Below are positions 38,628 to 48,486 of a DNA stretch of 64,000 nucleotides, piece after piece. Within the stretch, counting starts at the first letter, position 1; every line of letters begins with the position of its first letter. Where the stretch lies: the NCBI GenBank assembly GCA_963716475.1, contig OY970314.1, positions 787,865-851,864 on the forward strand, in the 5' to 3' direction. The notes under the pieces are model-generated. The model was not told the origin of the DNA. It was given only the letters and a program-made list of their open reading frames with translations, and did not search any database. This DNA comes from Candidatus Woesebacteria bacterium. GTDB taxonomy: Bacteria > Patescibacteriota > Microgenomatia > UBA8517. The position numbers and the translations under genes were made by a program.

Positions 38628-39646
38628 AAATACTATCAATCGACACATCGTGCGATGAGACAGCCGTAGCTGTAACAGAAGATACAAAAATTCTAAGTAA
38701 CGTTATTTGGTCCCAGGCAAGCGCCCATGCTAAATTTGGCGGAGTAATGCCCTCTCTCGCCCAGCGAATGCACGAGGAACGAATCGATTGGGTTATAGAT
38801 AAAGCCTTAAAAATATTAAAAACCGAAAGATTAGATGTAATTGCAGTGACTGTCGGACCGGGGCTTTCAATCGCACTCGGCGTCGGAATCGACAGAGCCA
38901 AAAAACTGGCTACAAAGTACGACAAGAAATTAATTGCGGTAAACCATCTTGAGGGACATGTGTTGAGCTCCTTATTAAATCATGAGAATCTTATCTCGGG
39001 AATCAAGTATCCCGCCTTAGGCCTAGTCGTTTCCGGTGGAAACACAATTCTTGTAAAAATTAATAAAATTGGGTCTTACGAAACCTTGGCACAAACAACT
39101 GATGATGCACTCGGCGAAGCTTTGGATAAAGGGGCAAGGATGTTGGGGCTGGGATACCCCGGCGGGGCTATTTTAGAAGAGTTCGCACGTGGTGGAAATG
39201 TAAAAGATTATTCATTACCCATCCCAATAGCCGGTCAAGAAGAAAGGAAAATATTTACCTACTCGGGATTAAAAACCTCTTTCTCTCGATTGGTAGAATC
39301 CGAAAAACCTTTAACTAAAAAGAAAATTATTAATCTTGTGGCTTGCTTCCAAAATGTCGCTTTCACTCACCTGATCCGTATTTGTTCGCACGTAATTAGA
39401 AATTCGAAATTTAAATTTACTACTCTTCTTGTTGGAGGCGGCGTCTCAGCAAACATAGAACTTAGAAGACGTTTAAGAAAACTGGGTAAGGAAACAGGAA
39501 TTGAAGTCTTATTTCCCTCCTCCAGGAAACTTACGGGTGATAATGCTGCAATGATTGGAATAGCTGCATATTTTAAAGCCAAACGTAGAGAGTTTGTTGA
39601 AGTTGATAAAATCGATCGAAATCCAAGCGCAAAGATTACTGATTGA
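38624..39646 (+). CDS. tsaD: tRNA N6-threonylcarbamoyltransferase TsaD
   Basis: IDTSCDET, GPGL, NHLEGH, VSGG, DDALGEALDK, YSGLKT, DNAAMI. Confidence 0.95.
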   Translation: MKILSIDTSCDETAVAVTEDTKILSNVIWSQASAHAKFGGVMPSLAQRMHEERIDWVIDKALKILKTERLDVIAVTVGPGLSIALGVGIDRAKKLATKYDKKLIAVNHLEGHVLSSLLNHENLISGIKYPALGLVVSGGNTILVKINKIGSYETLAQTTDDALGEALDKGARMLGLGYPGGAILEEFARGGNVKDYSLPIPIAGQEERKIFTYSGLKTSFSRLVESEKPLTKKKIINLVACFQNVAFTHLIRICSHVIRNSKFKFTTLLVGGGVSANIELRRRLRKLGKETGIEVLFPSSRKLTGDNAAMIGIAAYFKAKRREFVEVDKIDRNPSAKITD

Positions 39647-39662
39647 TGTTACAATATTAGGC

Positions 39663-41726
39663 ATGGAACCCCAGTACGATCACACAAAATACGAGAGTGA
39701 TATTTATAAAAAATGGGAAGACTCCGGCGCCTTTTCTCCAAAACATGATGGTAATAACCCGTTTACTATCATTATGCCCCCTCCAAATGCCAATGATCCC
39801 CTTCACATCGGACATGCCAGATTTGTCGCCATTGAGGATATCTTAATCCGCTACCACAGAATGAAAGGGGAACCAACCCTCTGGCTTCCGGGAAGCGATC
39901 ACGCAGGAATCGAAACCCAGTTCGTTTTTGAAAAGAAACTAAGGGAAAAAGGAAAAAGCCGTTTCGATTACGACCGCGATACTTTATATAAAATGATTTG
40001 GGATTATGTTCAGGAAAATACCGGATTAATGGAATCCCAACTCAAAAAACTCGGTGCCTCCTGTGACTGGAGTAGATTTAAGTACACACTTGATCCCGAA
40101 ATTATAAAAATCGTGTATAAAACCTTTAAGAAACTTTACGACGACGGGTTGGTATATCGGGGTGAAAGAATTGTAAATTATTGTCCCCGCTGCGGTACTG
40201 CCTATTCGCAACTAGAGGTAGATTACGTCGAACGCGATGATAATTTCTACTATCTGGATTACGGTACGATCACAATCGCCACAACCCGGCCCGAAACAAT
40301 ATTTGCAGACGTTGCGGTTGCCGTTAATCCCAAGGATAAAAGATACACTAAACTAATCGGATTAAACGCAAAAATACCGCTTATTAACCGCGACGTTGCC
40401 ATAATTGATGATAATCTTGTAGATATAAGCCTAGGAACCGGGGCTCTTAAAATTACACCTGCACATGACTCTACAGATTTCGAGATCGGGCAAACCCACA
40501 AACTCCCCATCATATCCGTAATTGATGAAAAAGGTCGTATGACAGGTACTCCCGAGAAATACATCGGTCTGAAAGCGGAAATGGCAAGAGCTGAAGTCGT
40601 AAAGGACTTACAGGCTGCAGGTAAGATAAAGGAAATCGACGTCATTCACCATTCGGTAGGCACTTGCTACAAGGATCACGGCTTAATCGAACCCATGGTT
40701 TCCAAACAGTGGTATATAAAGGTAGAAAGTTTAACTAAAAAAGCTCTTGGGTCAGTAAGAAACAAGGAAGTCAAGTTTGCCGTTAAAAAGTACGAGAAGA
40801 TAGCAACTAATTGGCTAAAAAACCTTAAAGATTGGAATATAAGCCGTCAAATTGTCTGGGGAATAAGAATTCCGGCCTGGAGATGCGAGAAGTGTTTGGA
40901 ATGGACAATCACCGACGGAGATATTCCGACCGAATGTTCAAGTTGCAACAATAAAGTTTTATCGCAAGACCCGGACACGTTTGATACCTGGTTTTCCTCG
41001 GGTCAATGGCCATTCGTCACTTTACAAACGGGAAAATCCGGCGATTTTGAAAAGTTTTATCCGACAAGTGTTATGGAAACGGCCTACGATATACTACCTT
41101 TCTGGGTGATAAGAATGATTATGCTCGGGGTTTATGCAACCGGAAAAGTTCCGTTTAAAGAAGTTGTTATCCATGGGCTTGTCAGGGACCGCGAAGGACA
41201 AAAAATAAGTAAGTCCAAAGGGAATGTCATAAATCCAATTGAGATGACCGAAAAATATGGTGCTGATTCTTTACGGATGGGGCTTGTTTGGGGAGGGCTT
41301 ATTGAAAACGATATCACCCTTGATGAACAAAAGATTAACGGTCAGAGAAAATTTGCAAACAAAATTTGGAATATCGCCAGGTTTGTCACTTCAAGTCAAT
41401 CCGTTAAAAAAGCCACAAAAAATGCCGACGATGAACTTGTTCTAAGCGAATTGAAACAAACAATTAAAAATGTTTCAAAAGATTTGAACAAATTCCGTTT
41501 AAACGAAGCCGCTGAAAAAATATATGATTTTGTATGGCATAAGTTCGCCGATGTCTATATTGAAAAAACCAAGGACAGACGCAAAGAAGCCCAACCTACT
41601 CTGGAAAAAGTCCTTGTCAATTCACTTAAACTTCTCCACCCGTTTATGCCCTTTGTCACAGAACAAATCTGGCACGAAATGGGGAATAATGAGCTTCTGA
41701 TTACTTCCGAGTGGCCTAAAACTTAA
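39663..41726 (+). CDS. valS: Valyl-tRNA synthetase (lacks C-terminal coiled coil)
   Basis: MPPPN, HIGH, DHAGIETQ, TTRPET, WNISRQ, DTWFSS, KISKS. Confidence 0.95.
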   Translation: MEPQYDHTKYESDIYKKWEDSGAFSPKHDGNNPFTIIMPPPNANDPLHIGHARFVAIEDILIRYHRMKGEPTLWLPGSDHAGIETQFVFEKKLREKGKSRFDYDRDTLYKMIWDYVQENTGLMESQLKKLGASCDWSRFKYTLDPEIIKIVYKTFKKLYDDGLVYRGERIVNYCPRCGTAYSQLEVDYVERDDNFYYLDYGTITIATTRPETIFADVAVAVNPKDKRYTKLIGLNAKIPLINRDVAIIDDNLVDISLGTGALKITPAHDSTDFEIGQTHKLPIISVIDEKGRMTGTPEKYIGLKAEMARAEVVKDLQAAGKIKEIDVIHHSVGTCYKDHGLIEPMVSKQWYIKVESLTKKALGSVRNKEVKFAVKKYEKIATNWLKNLKDWNISRQIVWGIRIPAWRCEKCLEWTITDGDIPTECSSCNNKVLSQDPDTFDTWFSSGQWPFVTLQTGKSGDFEKFYPTSVMETAYDILPFWVIRMIMLGVYATGKVPFKEVVIHGLVRDREGQKISKSKGNVINPIEMTEKYGADSLRMGLVWGGLIENDITLDEQKINGQRKFANKIWNIARFVTSSQSVKKATKNADDELVLSELKQTIKNVSKDLNKFRLNEAAEKIYDFVWHKFADVYIEKTKDRRKEAQPTLEKVLVNSLKLLHPFMPFVTEQIWHEMGNNELLITSEWPKT

Positions 41727-42238
41727 GGGGCCGCAGTTGGAGAACTTGAAGGCCTTGCTGTTGGGCTGGCAGTAGGGCTTGCGGTCAGACTAGCAGATGG
41801 GGACGCTGTTGAAATTGGTCTTCCGGAACCGCTTGCTGTCGGTACTTCTATCGGAGTAGCGGCCGGAATAATGGTTGGTGTAAATGTGGCCACCGTCGTT
41901 GGGGTTGGCTGAGGTGAAAGAAGTTTTGCACCAAAAACATACGCCGCAACTGCCAAAACAGCAACTAATGCCAAAATTATCGCTATTATCAATAAAGGTG
42001 ATTTTTTCTTTGGACTTTCCTGCACAGGAGTCACTGTTTCAGCCGGAGGGGGTGACGCGGTCTCTAAAGGAATCACTGACGGAGATTCCTGTGCCTGTGG
42101 GTTCTGTACAACGGGCTGTTCCACGGGTACCGGCTGCTGCGGAACGGTAACATCCTGTTTAACGGGGTTTTGCAAATCCTGTCCGGGGTTCTTTACTCCA
42201 CCATCTTCCCCTTGCGGATTTTGATTATTTGGGTCCAT
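41723..42238 (-). CDS. Low-complexity single-pass membrane protein (Pro/Gln N-terminus, SPT C-terminus)
   Basis: KKK + TM helix between disordered regions. Confidence 0.7.
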   Translation of the reverse strand: MDPNNQNPQGEDGGVKNPGQDLQNPVKQDVTVPQQPVPVEQPVVQNPQAQESPSVIPLETASPPPAETVTPVQESPKKKSPLLIIAIILALVAVLAVAAYVFGAKLLSPQPTPTTVATFTPTIIPAATPIEVPTASGSGRPISTASPSASLTASPTASPTARPSSSPTAAP

Positions 42239-42253
42239 ACTCTACATTAACAT

Positions 42254-42517
42254 ATGTCTGCCAAACGGGTCAACAAGGCCGCCATTGAACTCTTCATCTT
42301 TGTTGCTGCGCTTCTTGTTTTGCTTCTCTCCGCAGTAAACATAGAAAGTTTTCAGTCTCCCAAAAAAGTCTTAGGTGCTGAAGTCCAAATAAACTCCGAC
42401 GATAAATTCTGGCAAGATTTTCTAAATAAAAACCCGGATTATATTCCCGGCTGGATGGAAATAGGAAGAATAGATAAAGTAAAAGAAATCGATCCCAACT
42501 ATTCAAAAGTGAAGTAA
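42254..42517 (+). CDS. Small membrane-anchored hypothetical protein
   Basis: N-terminal TM; KVLGA, NPDY, IDPN motifs. Confidence 0.65.
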   Translation: MSAKRVNKAAIELFIFVAALLVLLLSAVNIESFQSPKKVLGAEVQINSDDKFWQDFLNKNPDYIPGWMEIGRIDKVKEIDPNYSKVK

Positions 42518-42519
42518 AT

Positions 42520-42708
42520 TTAATGCTCTCCGTCTTCCTCCTGGCCTAGAATGTCATCAGGCAAGTTCCGAAAGTCTGTAGTAGGTTTTTTAGATGATAA
42601 CAATAAATCCTTAATTGTCTGGATAAGACTTCTTCTGTCCATTGAATTTACAAATCCGTCAGGATCCCTTCCATCTAATTCTTGCAAAAAGCCGTTTTCA
42701 AGACTCAT
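42520..42708 (-). CDS. Small acidic hypothetical protein (62 aa)
   Basis: ATG 4 nt after the rplY stop; fills the gap between neighbours. Confidence 0.45.
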   Translation of the reverse strand: MSLENGFLQELDGRDPDGFVNSMDRRSLIQTIKDLLLSSKKPTTDFRNLPDDILGQEEDGEH

Positions 42709-42712
42709 AAAA

Positions 42713-43411
42713 TTATTTTTGAGGTTCTTCTTTCGAAGCAGGGGCACCTTCAGCGGGAACCTCACCTTCAACTGGCACTTCTCCCTCAGCAGGTACGGAT
42801 CCCTCGGCAGGAACTTCTCCTTCAGCGGGGGGTGGAGGAGCAACAACTTCCTCTTTTTGAGGAGGTTCAACTTTAACAACAATTTCATCCGCTCCTGTTT
42901 TAATATCAACCTTGCTTCGATCAACCTTCAGGTCTTTTACTAAGATTGATTGATCAACATCGGATAATTCAGACGTATCCACAACAAACTTCTCAGGGAG
43001 ATCCGTTGGAAGGGCCTCAACTTTAATTTCGTTAAGGTATTGGACAACTGTGCCTATTGCCTGCTTTTCCGCCGGGGCTTCACCTGCCAATTCGACAGGC
43101 ACTCCCGCTTCAACTTTTTCTTTAAGGTCTACCTGTAAGAAATCGACATGAACGGGAATGTCGCTAACCGGATTAACCTGAAGATTATGAATTAGAACGG
43201 GTTTTTCTTCTTTTCCGATTTCAAGAGTCAAAAGACCCGTTTCCCCTACCTCTTTGTAAACTTTCTCAAAATCTTTGAATATAACCTGAACAGCCTCGGA
43301 CTTTATTTTTTTCCCGGAAATATTTCCAGGTAGAATCCCCTCTCTGCGGAGATTTTTTACCTTTCTGCCGGAAATTTTCCTAACTTCTGCTTTTAGCGTA
43401 AATTTGTCCAT
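42713..43411 (-). CDS. rplY: 50S ribosomal protein L25 (CTC form)
   Basis: LRREGILP, HVDFLQV, GVPVEL, ALPTDLPE; acidic PAEG-repeat tail. Confidence 0.93.
   Translation of the reverse strand: MDKFTLKAEVRKISGRKVKNLRREGILPGNISGKKIKSEAVQVIFKDFEKVYKEVGETGLLTLEIGKEEKPVLIHNLQVNPVSDIPVHVDFLQVDLKEKVEAGVPVELAGEAPAEKQAIGTVVQYLNEIKVEALPTDLPEKFVVDTSELSDVDQSILVKDLKVDRSKVDIKTGADEIVVKVEPPQKEEVVAPPPPAEGEVPAEGSVPAEGEVPVEGEVPAEGAPASKEEPQK
42739..42828 (-). repeat. 18-bp coding repeat (PAEGEV, about 5 copies) in the L25 tail
   Basis: PAEGEV PAEGSV PAEGEV PVEGEV PAEGA. Confidence 0.8.
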
Positions 43412-43412
43412 A

Positions 43413-46046
43413 TTACCAAGCGAGGCGCAGGAACAAATCCCGTGCCAAGGTTGTATTATAACTGTAAGAACCCTCCCTGGTCAAGGCAAACCTCGGGTCA
43501 GGATTGGACTGTGTTCCACCGCCCTCAATAATAATATTTATCGGGTCGGAATCGGTACCCGCCTGTTTTCTAATATACAGGCCGTAATTCGCCAAATGAG
43601 TTGTTTCTTCCGACCCCGATGTCCAGGAAAATTCTATGTTTTTATCGCCACCGGCCAAAAGATCCACCAGTACGCCTATCTCTATATGACCCCTCACCTC
43701 AGTCAACTCGGGAGATAACGTTTCCTGAACTCCGGCATTATAACTTATAACAGAAACTGTAGATGCATCGTCAGGAACCAAAATCCTCACATAAGCCTTA
43801 TATCTGCCCGAGGGCCCGAGTGCGGGGTTGGCCGGATTTTTAAGGGATAGTGTCAATTTGTGATTTATTTCGCTTGCGCCGAGAGTTACGTCAAGGTTGA
43901 TATTTCTCTGAATAAAATAATTTGTTTTATTATCACCAACGTTTGCCTCAACAACACCTACCAGATCGGCATAACAACTTGTTCCGCAAGTAGGTGTTGC
44001 CACAGCTCCGTCCCAGCCGAGTGCTGAGAAAGCATCTTGTGAAACGTTTTCGTGTAAATATACTTGAATGTGACGTTCGTCAAGGCTTGCATAAAAAGTT
44101 CTGAGCATGTCTACTTTTTGGTTTGTCTTTAGGCTGCTAAAATCAGCCAAAAGACTTCGTGAAAGAGCGGTCAGGAAACTAGCTTTGTTGTGGGTCCCCG
44201 GGAAAAAACTGCTATCTACTTCACTTTGTGTTTTTTCGTATAAATTATCTGAGGTAATGTCCAAATTGTAATCAGACAAAAATATCGGGCCGGTATTTTT
44301 AAGCATTTCCTTTATCGGAAATAGATCTACTGCTACGACCCCATCAACCTGTTTACTTATTTCTTTGTCCAAAAACCATTCCGCCCTTTTGGCCGAAGTC
44401 GGAAAATCGGGATCCCAGTTGGAATCTCTGAACCACCAATTTGCCTCGCCCAAATAGTTTTTAATCGGGGCCGGGGGTTCTACGTGCCCGTTAAGTTGTC
44501 CGTCTGCAGAGTAAACATCGTTAACGGTAAGATCGGTAAGACGCCCGCTGTCAAAAGTAAGTAATCCAAAAGAACCAATAAAACCACCCGTAGGCCTTAG
44601 TTCCATGTTGTTTTCAAAAAGAACCAAATACGTTTTACTTTTATCTTGTCCCAGGAGTTCGGGAGCATTGGCGGCGAGAATCCGGCACTCTGAAATTAGA
44701 TTGATAAACCGCTCAAAATCAATTTTGCTCAATATTTTTTTTGCCAGAATAATGTTTTGTTCTGAGGCGTTATCTGTCAACGATTTTGTTAATAGAACGT
44801 CATTGTAAAGAAATTCCACCTCAGATTCAATTTTGCGGGACTGGTTGGTCGAGTCGTAAACCTGATCCCCGAATACACTTTCAAACAGTTTGGTTGTATC
44901 TTTGACAACAGGTATAGCATGAGTTCCGATGGTATCGGATTGCTCTGTGAAAACTGATGCAAATTCTGTTTCTTTGTAAATTAAACGAAACCCCGGAATG
45001 TAGCTAAAAACTTTACTTGTCTTTTCTGAGACTACGGCGAAAGTCCGGGCCAACAAAAAAGAATTTTGAGAAAAACCGTCATTACCTGCTACAAAACTTT
45101 TGTATGCTATAAAAGTAATAAGCAGACTTATTAATACGGTAACAAAAGGAAACACTAAAAGGAGAAAAAGTGCCAGAATTACGGTCTTAAATTTCCTGAA
45201 GGACGGCTTCTTGATTTTAACAATCTTTTTTTTGTCTTCTTTCGTCTCCGTCGCCGGCGCCGGGTGTTTGGGCCAGTTATTTCTTAGCCAGCCGTATGTT
45301 TCATTCAAAGTAAAGCCTAAATTACTACTCACAATTTCTCTTTCAAAATCCTTAGGTATGCTTCTTGCAGCAATTTTTAAGTCATATTTTAATTTAAGGT
45401 CACCAACATATTTTTGGTTGTAGTTCCAAAAAGTATCGCCAGAGGTCTGGCTTCCTAGAAGAAAAACCACTTTACCATAAGGTCCGAACGAAAAAAGCCA
45501 CCTGACTATTACTTTCACTGCATCCGCTATAAAAATTGGGAATAGTACGTCCCCAACCGCCAATGTCATTTTTCTTTCATAAAGAATCTCCGATAACAAC
45601 CTCGAGGCCAACAGATCACTTTCGAGATCAATCCTCGGACCAAGTAAATCCCCCACAAAGAGCACTACTAAGCTGTCAGGAACTTTAAATTTTTCAACCC
45701 GGCTCCTGTCAAACGCCTCAAGGGGAAAAATAACCAAAGTCTTTACTTGGGTTATGTCTATTAGTGAACTAAAATCGGCATATTCTTTGTAAGCATTAAA
45801 TGAATTTACAAAGCCTCCAAAAAAGATCGCGTAATCATATAGGTTATTGCTGTCAAGGTTTTTTCTATCGATAATGCTAAATTTATTGTTTGTTGATAAC
45901 TGGCGTGTTCTACTTTTCCAGTTGCTCGTGTCTTTTGTTATAACATTAACAATACAATTTTTGGAAAGAAGGTTTTCAAGAATATTTACTGCCAAAAAGT
46001 TTGCGTCCGAAAATAAACAAATTAAAAGTTTGCCTTGAGGGTTCAT
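43413..46046 (-). CDS. DUF4012 membrane protein with an N-terminal degenerate epimerase/Rossmann-like region
   Basis: NNMELRPTGGFIGSFG, RDSNWDPDFPTSA, NVGDNK; central TM; N-terminus weakly SDR-like. Confidence 0.78.
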   Translation of the reverse strand: MNPQGKLLICLFSDANFLAVNILENLLSKNCIVNVITKDTSNWKSRTRQLSTNNKFSIIDRKNLDSNNLYDYAIFFGGFVNSFNAYKEYADFSSLIDITQVKTLVIFPLEAFDRSRVEKFKVPDSLVVLFVGDLLGPRIDLESDLLASRLLSEILYERKMTLAVGDVLFPIFIADAVKVIVRWLFSFGPYGKVVFLLGSQTSGDTFWNYNQKYVGDLKLKYDLKIAARSIPKDFEREIVSSNLGFTLNETYGWLRNNWPKHPAPATETKEDKKKIVKIKKPSFRKFKTVILALFLLLVFPFVTVLISLLITFIAYKSFVAGNDGFSQNSFLLARTFAVVSEKTSKVFSYIPGFRLIYKETEFASVFTEQSDTIGTHAIPVVKDTTKLFESVFGDQVYDSTNQSRKIESEVEFLYNDVLLTKSLTDNASEQNIILAKKILSKIDFERFINLISECRILAANAPELLGQDKSKTYLVLFENNMELRPTGGFIGSFGLLTFDSGRLTDLTVNDVYSADGQLNGHVEPPAPIKNYLGEANWWFRDSNWDPDFPTSAKRAEWFLDKEISKQVDGVVAVDLFPIKEMLKNTGPIFLSDYNLDITSDNLYEKTQSEVDSSFFPGTHNKASFLTALSRSLLADFSSLKTNQKVDMLRTFYASLDERHIQVYLHENVSQDAFSALGWDGAVATPTCGTSCYADLVGVVEANVGDNKTNYFIQRNINLDVTLGASEINHKLTLSLKNPANPALGPSGRYKAYVRILVPDDASTVSVISYNAGVQETLSPELTEVRGHIEIGVLVDLLAGGDKNIEFSWTSGSEETTHLANYGLYIRKQAGTDSDPINIIIEGGGTQSNPDPRFALTREGSYSYNTTLARDLFLRLAW

Positions 46047-46192
46047 GTCATTAGTATTATCTCCGCAAAAATATTTATTTAACTGGTGCCAATTTTTGCT
46101 TCTAAAACTGTTTTCAAGTTTTACGTAAAAAATATTTTACTTCCCTTGCACGAAAACGTGAAATTTTCATACTAAATTTTCCCAAATATATA

Positions 46193-46615
46193 TTAACTAT
46201 TTTTGTCCAGCTCTCTGTTTACTAAAACGTCTGCTTTCTTGTTTTTTGAACGGGGAATGTTTTTATACAAAATCGTTAGTTCAATTGTTTTTGACAACTT
46301 ATTTACCTGAAGGAAAAGCTCTGTAAGTTTTTTGTCTTTTACCTTATAGACTCCGCTAATTTGCCGTGCAACCAACTCGGAATCCAAATAAAATATTGCC
46401 GACCTTGCCGTAAGGTTTTTATGGTTAGTGCTAAGCCACTTAAGAGCAAGTATCACACCCTGATATTCTGCGCAGTTATTCGTTGAGTTCCCTAAAAAAC
46501 CAGACTCTTCCTGAATTATTTTTCCGCCGACTTCAGCAACAAAAGCGCAGGCGGCCGGCCCCGGATTACCTCTGGCCCCCCCGTCGGTATGAATAACAAT
46601 TCCGTCTTCATTCAT
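46193..46615 (-). CDS. rnhA: Ribonuclease HI
   Basis: TDGGARGNPGPA, TNNCAEY, LDSELV, IPRSKNKKAD. Confidence 0.9.
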   Translation of the reverse strand: MNEDGIVIHTDGGARGNPGPAACAFVAEVGGKIIQEESGFLGNSTNNCAEYQGVILALKWLSTNHKNLTARSAIFYLDSELVARQISGVYKVKDKKLTELFLQVNKLSKTIELTILYKNIPRSKNKKADVLVNRELDKNS

Positions 46616-47985
46616 GCAAACAGTTTACCATTTCGACTCGAAACGGCCAAGCTACGCTTACCAGTGCTCTGGCTGGACAAGCTACGCTTATCAGTGCTCT
46701 GACTGGCTAAGCTTGGCTTATCACTAAACTTGTTTTCCGCTTCAAGGGAGTTTCCTAATACAAATGCCAAAAGAAACATGTTTTGTTGTAAAGTAAACCA
46801 GTAGTGATCGACAAGCCCCGTCGTTAATACAAACACCAGAGCCAAAAATATAATTTTATCGTTTAATAAAAACGCTTTCCGGTTTGTTTTGACCAGTAGA
46901 AAATAGACAAAAGACAAACCGATTATTCCAGTTTCGCTAAAAATTAGGAGGAAAATGTTGTGAACCGGCTGTAAAATCCACAAGAATGATCCTGCGTATG
47001 GAATTTTGGTTTCATTTATAACAAAAGTATTAAGCCCCTCCCCTTGCCAGAATTTTTCTGAAATCATGCTACCTGCGATCGAAGACAAGTCGAGTCTCTG
47101 TATAATGTTTGAGGGATAATTAAATTTGTTGCTAAAATATTTTGCTGAAACAAAAGGAAGAACTAAACTAATCAATAAAAATACGGATGGAATAAATACA
47201 AGAGCCCCGGTTCTAAAATATTTTCTTCTTATAAGCATGTACAAAATACCACAAGCAATAATTCCGACTACTGACGAAAGTGAGAATGTCAGCAAGAAGG
47301 CAATAAAAACAATCGTTATTCCCAAGATCCTTTTAACGAGTTCTTTTTGGGAATAAGTGAACGATATCACTAGAAGCCCCAAGCCCAAATACCCGGCAAA
47401 AGAGTTGGGGTGAGAAAACGTAGAGTATGCCCTCATAAAATTTCTACCCAAAATTTGAGTAAGTGCGATCCCTGGGGTTGAAACATTAAAACTGCGTTCT
47501 CCTAACAAATAGAATGGTCCGCCCAGGGTTCTTCTCAAAATAAATTGGAAAATCCCGATCACGGAAAAAAATATAAGAGAGTAAAACAAAGTGGCAATCA
47601 AGGTTTTTGATTTAAAAATGTCACTCCTAACCCGAACATAAAAATAAAATATTACAAGTTCCGATAATTTTAACCATTTGTAAACCGATGGGAAAACCGA
47701 TGTTGAGAATGCTATGTTTACTACCGCCAAGAAAATGAATAGAAAAATATAGATTTTGTTTTTCTCGACAGTTTCAAGAAATATTTTGTGATAACTTCTC
47801 ATCCAAATAACAAACAATGTCAGAAACAAAGCATCGGTTAAATAAATACTCGGCGCCAGATAGTCAACTCTTATGCCGAATACAAATGCTGTGGGCGGCC
47901 AAAAATGAAGCGCCAACTGTGTAGGAAGCAAAAAAATAAGAAGGTAATTTAAATACTTTTCCAGCCGGACCCAGCAAGAAATCAC
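46612..47985 (-). CDS. O-antigen ligase (WaaL/Wzy_C) family membrane protein
   Basis: RAYSTFSHPNSFAG, G.GLNTF, PVHNIFL, DHY; multi-TM. Confidence 0.82.
   Translation of the reverse strand: MISCWVRLEKYLNYLLIFLLPTQLALHFWPPTAFVFGIRVDYLAPSIYLTDALFLTLFVIWMRSYHKIFLETVEKNKIYIFLFIFLAVVNIAFSTSVFPSVYKWLKLSELVIFYFYVRVRSDIFKSKTLIATLFYSLIFFSVIGIFQFILRRTLGGPFYLLGERSFNVSTPGIALTQILGRNFMRAYSTFSHPNSFAGYLGLGLLVISFTYSQKELVKRILGITIVFIAFLLTFSLSSVVGIIACGILYMLIRRKYFRTGALVFIPSVFLLISLVLPFVSAKYFSNKFNYPSNIIQRLDLSSIAGSMISEKFWQGEGLNTFVINETKIPYAGSFLWILQPVHNIFLLIFSETGIIGLSFVYFLLVKTNRKAFLLNDKIIFLALVFVLTTGLVDHYWFTLQQNMFLLAFVLGNSLEAENKFSDKPSLASQSTDKRSLSSQSTGKRSLAVSSRNGKLFA
46649..46725. repeat. 30-bp tandem repeat (about 2.6 copies) in the 3' end of the O-antigen ligase gene
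   Basis: aagctacgcttaccagtgctctggctggac / aagctacgcttatcagtgctctgactggct / aagcttggcttatcact. Confidence 0.85.
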
Positions 47986-48443
47986 TTTTTTGGCTTAATT
48001 ATTAAGAAACGTTCCTCTCCTTCCCCTTGAGATTCTGTTGTTATGCTGTCGTCCTCGGAAAGGGCAAGGTGAATAACTCTTCTTTGCCAGGACTTCAGGT
48101 TGTATAGGTTTTGCGGTTCTCCTGTTTCCTTCGCCCTCTGGGCGGTAGAGGTGGCCAGATCTTTAAGATAGCCTTCTTCCTTCTCTCTATAATCACCCAC
48201 GTTGATAAGAACTCTGTTCCATTCCCCTGTTTTTTGCTTTAGGAGAAACCCCAGAACCGTCTGGATGCCCAAAAGCGTTTCACCCTTTTTACCTATCAGA
48301 AGTCCTGTTTCGTCACCCGCGTCTATATTAACGGTAAAGGCTTCGTTTTCCTTATCGTAAGAGACTGCCGCCTTAGCTTTGGTTAACATCAGGGACAACA
48401 GTTCGTCGGTTAGTTTTTGTAAAATTTTTACTTTCTTTTCCAT
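47982..48443 (-). CDS. jag: Jag/KhpB RNA-binding protein (KH + R3H)
   Basis: LLIGKKGETL, RRVIH, TESQGEGEER; position after yidC. Confidence 0.9.
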   Translation of the reverse strand: MEKKVKILQKLTDELLSLMLTKAKAAVSYDKENEAFTVNIDAGDETGLLIGKKGETLLGIQTVLGFLLKQKTGEWNRVLINVGDYREKEEGYLKDLATSTAQRAKETGEPQNLYNLKSWQRRVIHLALSEDDSITTESQGEGEERFLIIKPKK

Positions 48444-48486
48444 ATTAACTTTTTGTGAATTTCGATTTTACGCTAGCAAGCGAAGA

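Noticed and set aside
39663-41726. Short ValRS (and short MetRS at 20623-22044) as pseudogenes
   Set aside because: Catalytic motifs are intact and the ORFs end cleanly; loss of accessory C-terminal domains fits genome streamlining.
42520-42924. 134-aa ORF as given in the track
   Set aside because: Its first half overlaps rplY in another frame; only the part from ATG 42708 is plausible.
46649-46725. 30-bp repeats as a possible CRISPR array
   Set aside because: Head-to-tail with no spacers, in frame within a CDS, and no cas genes.
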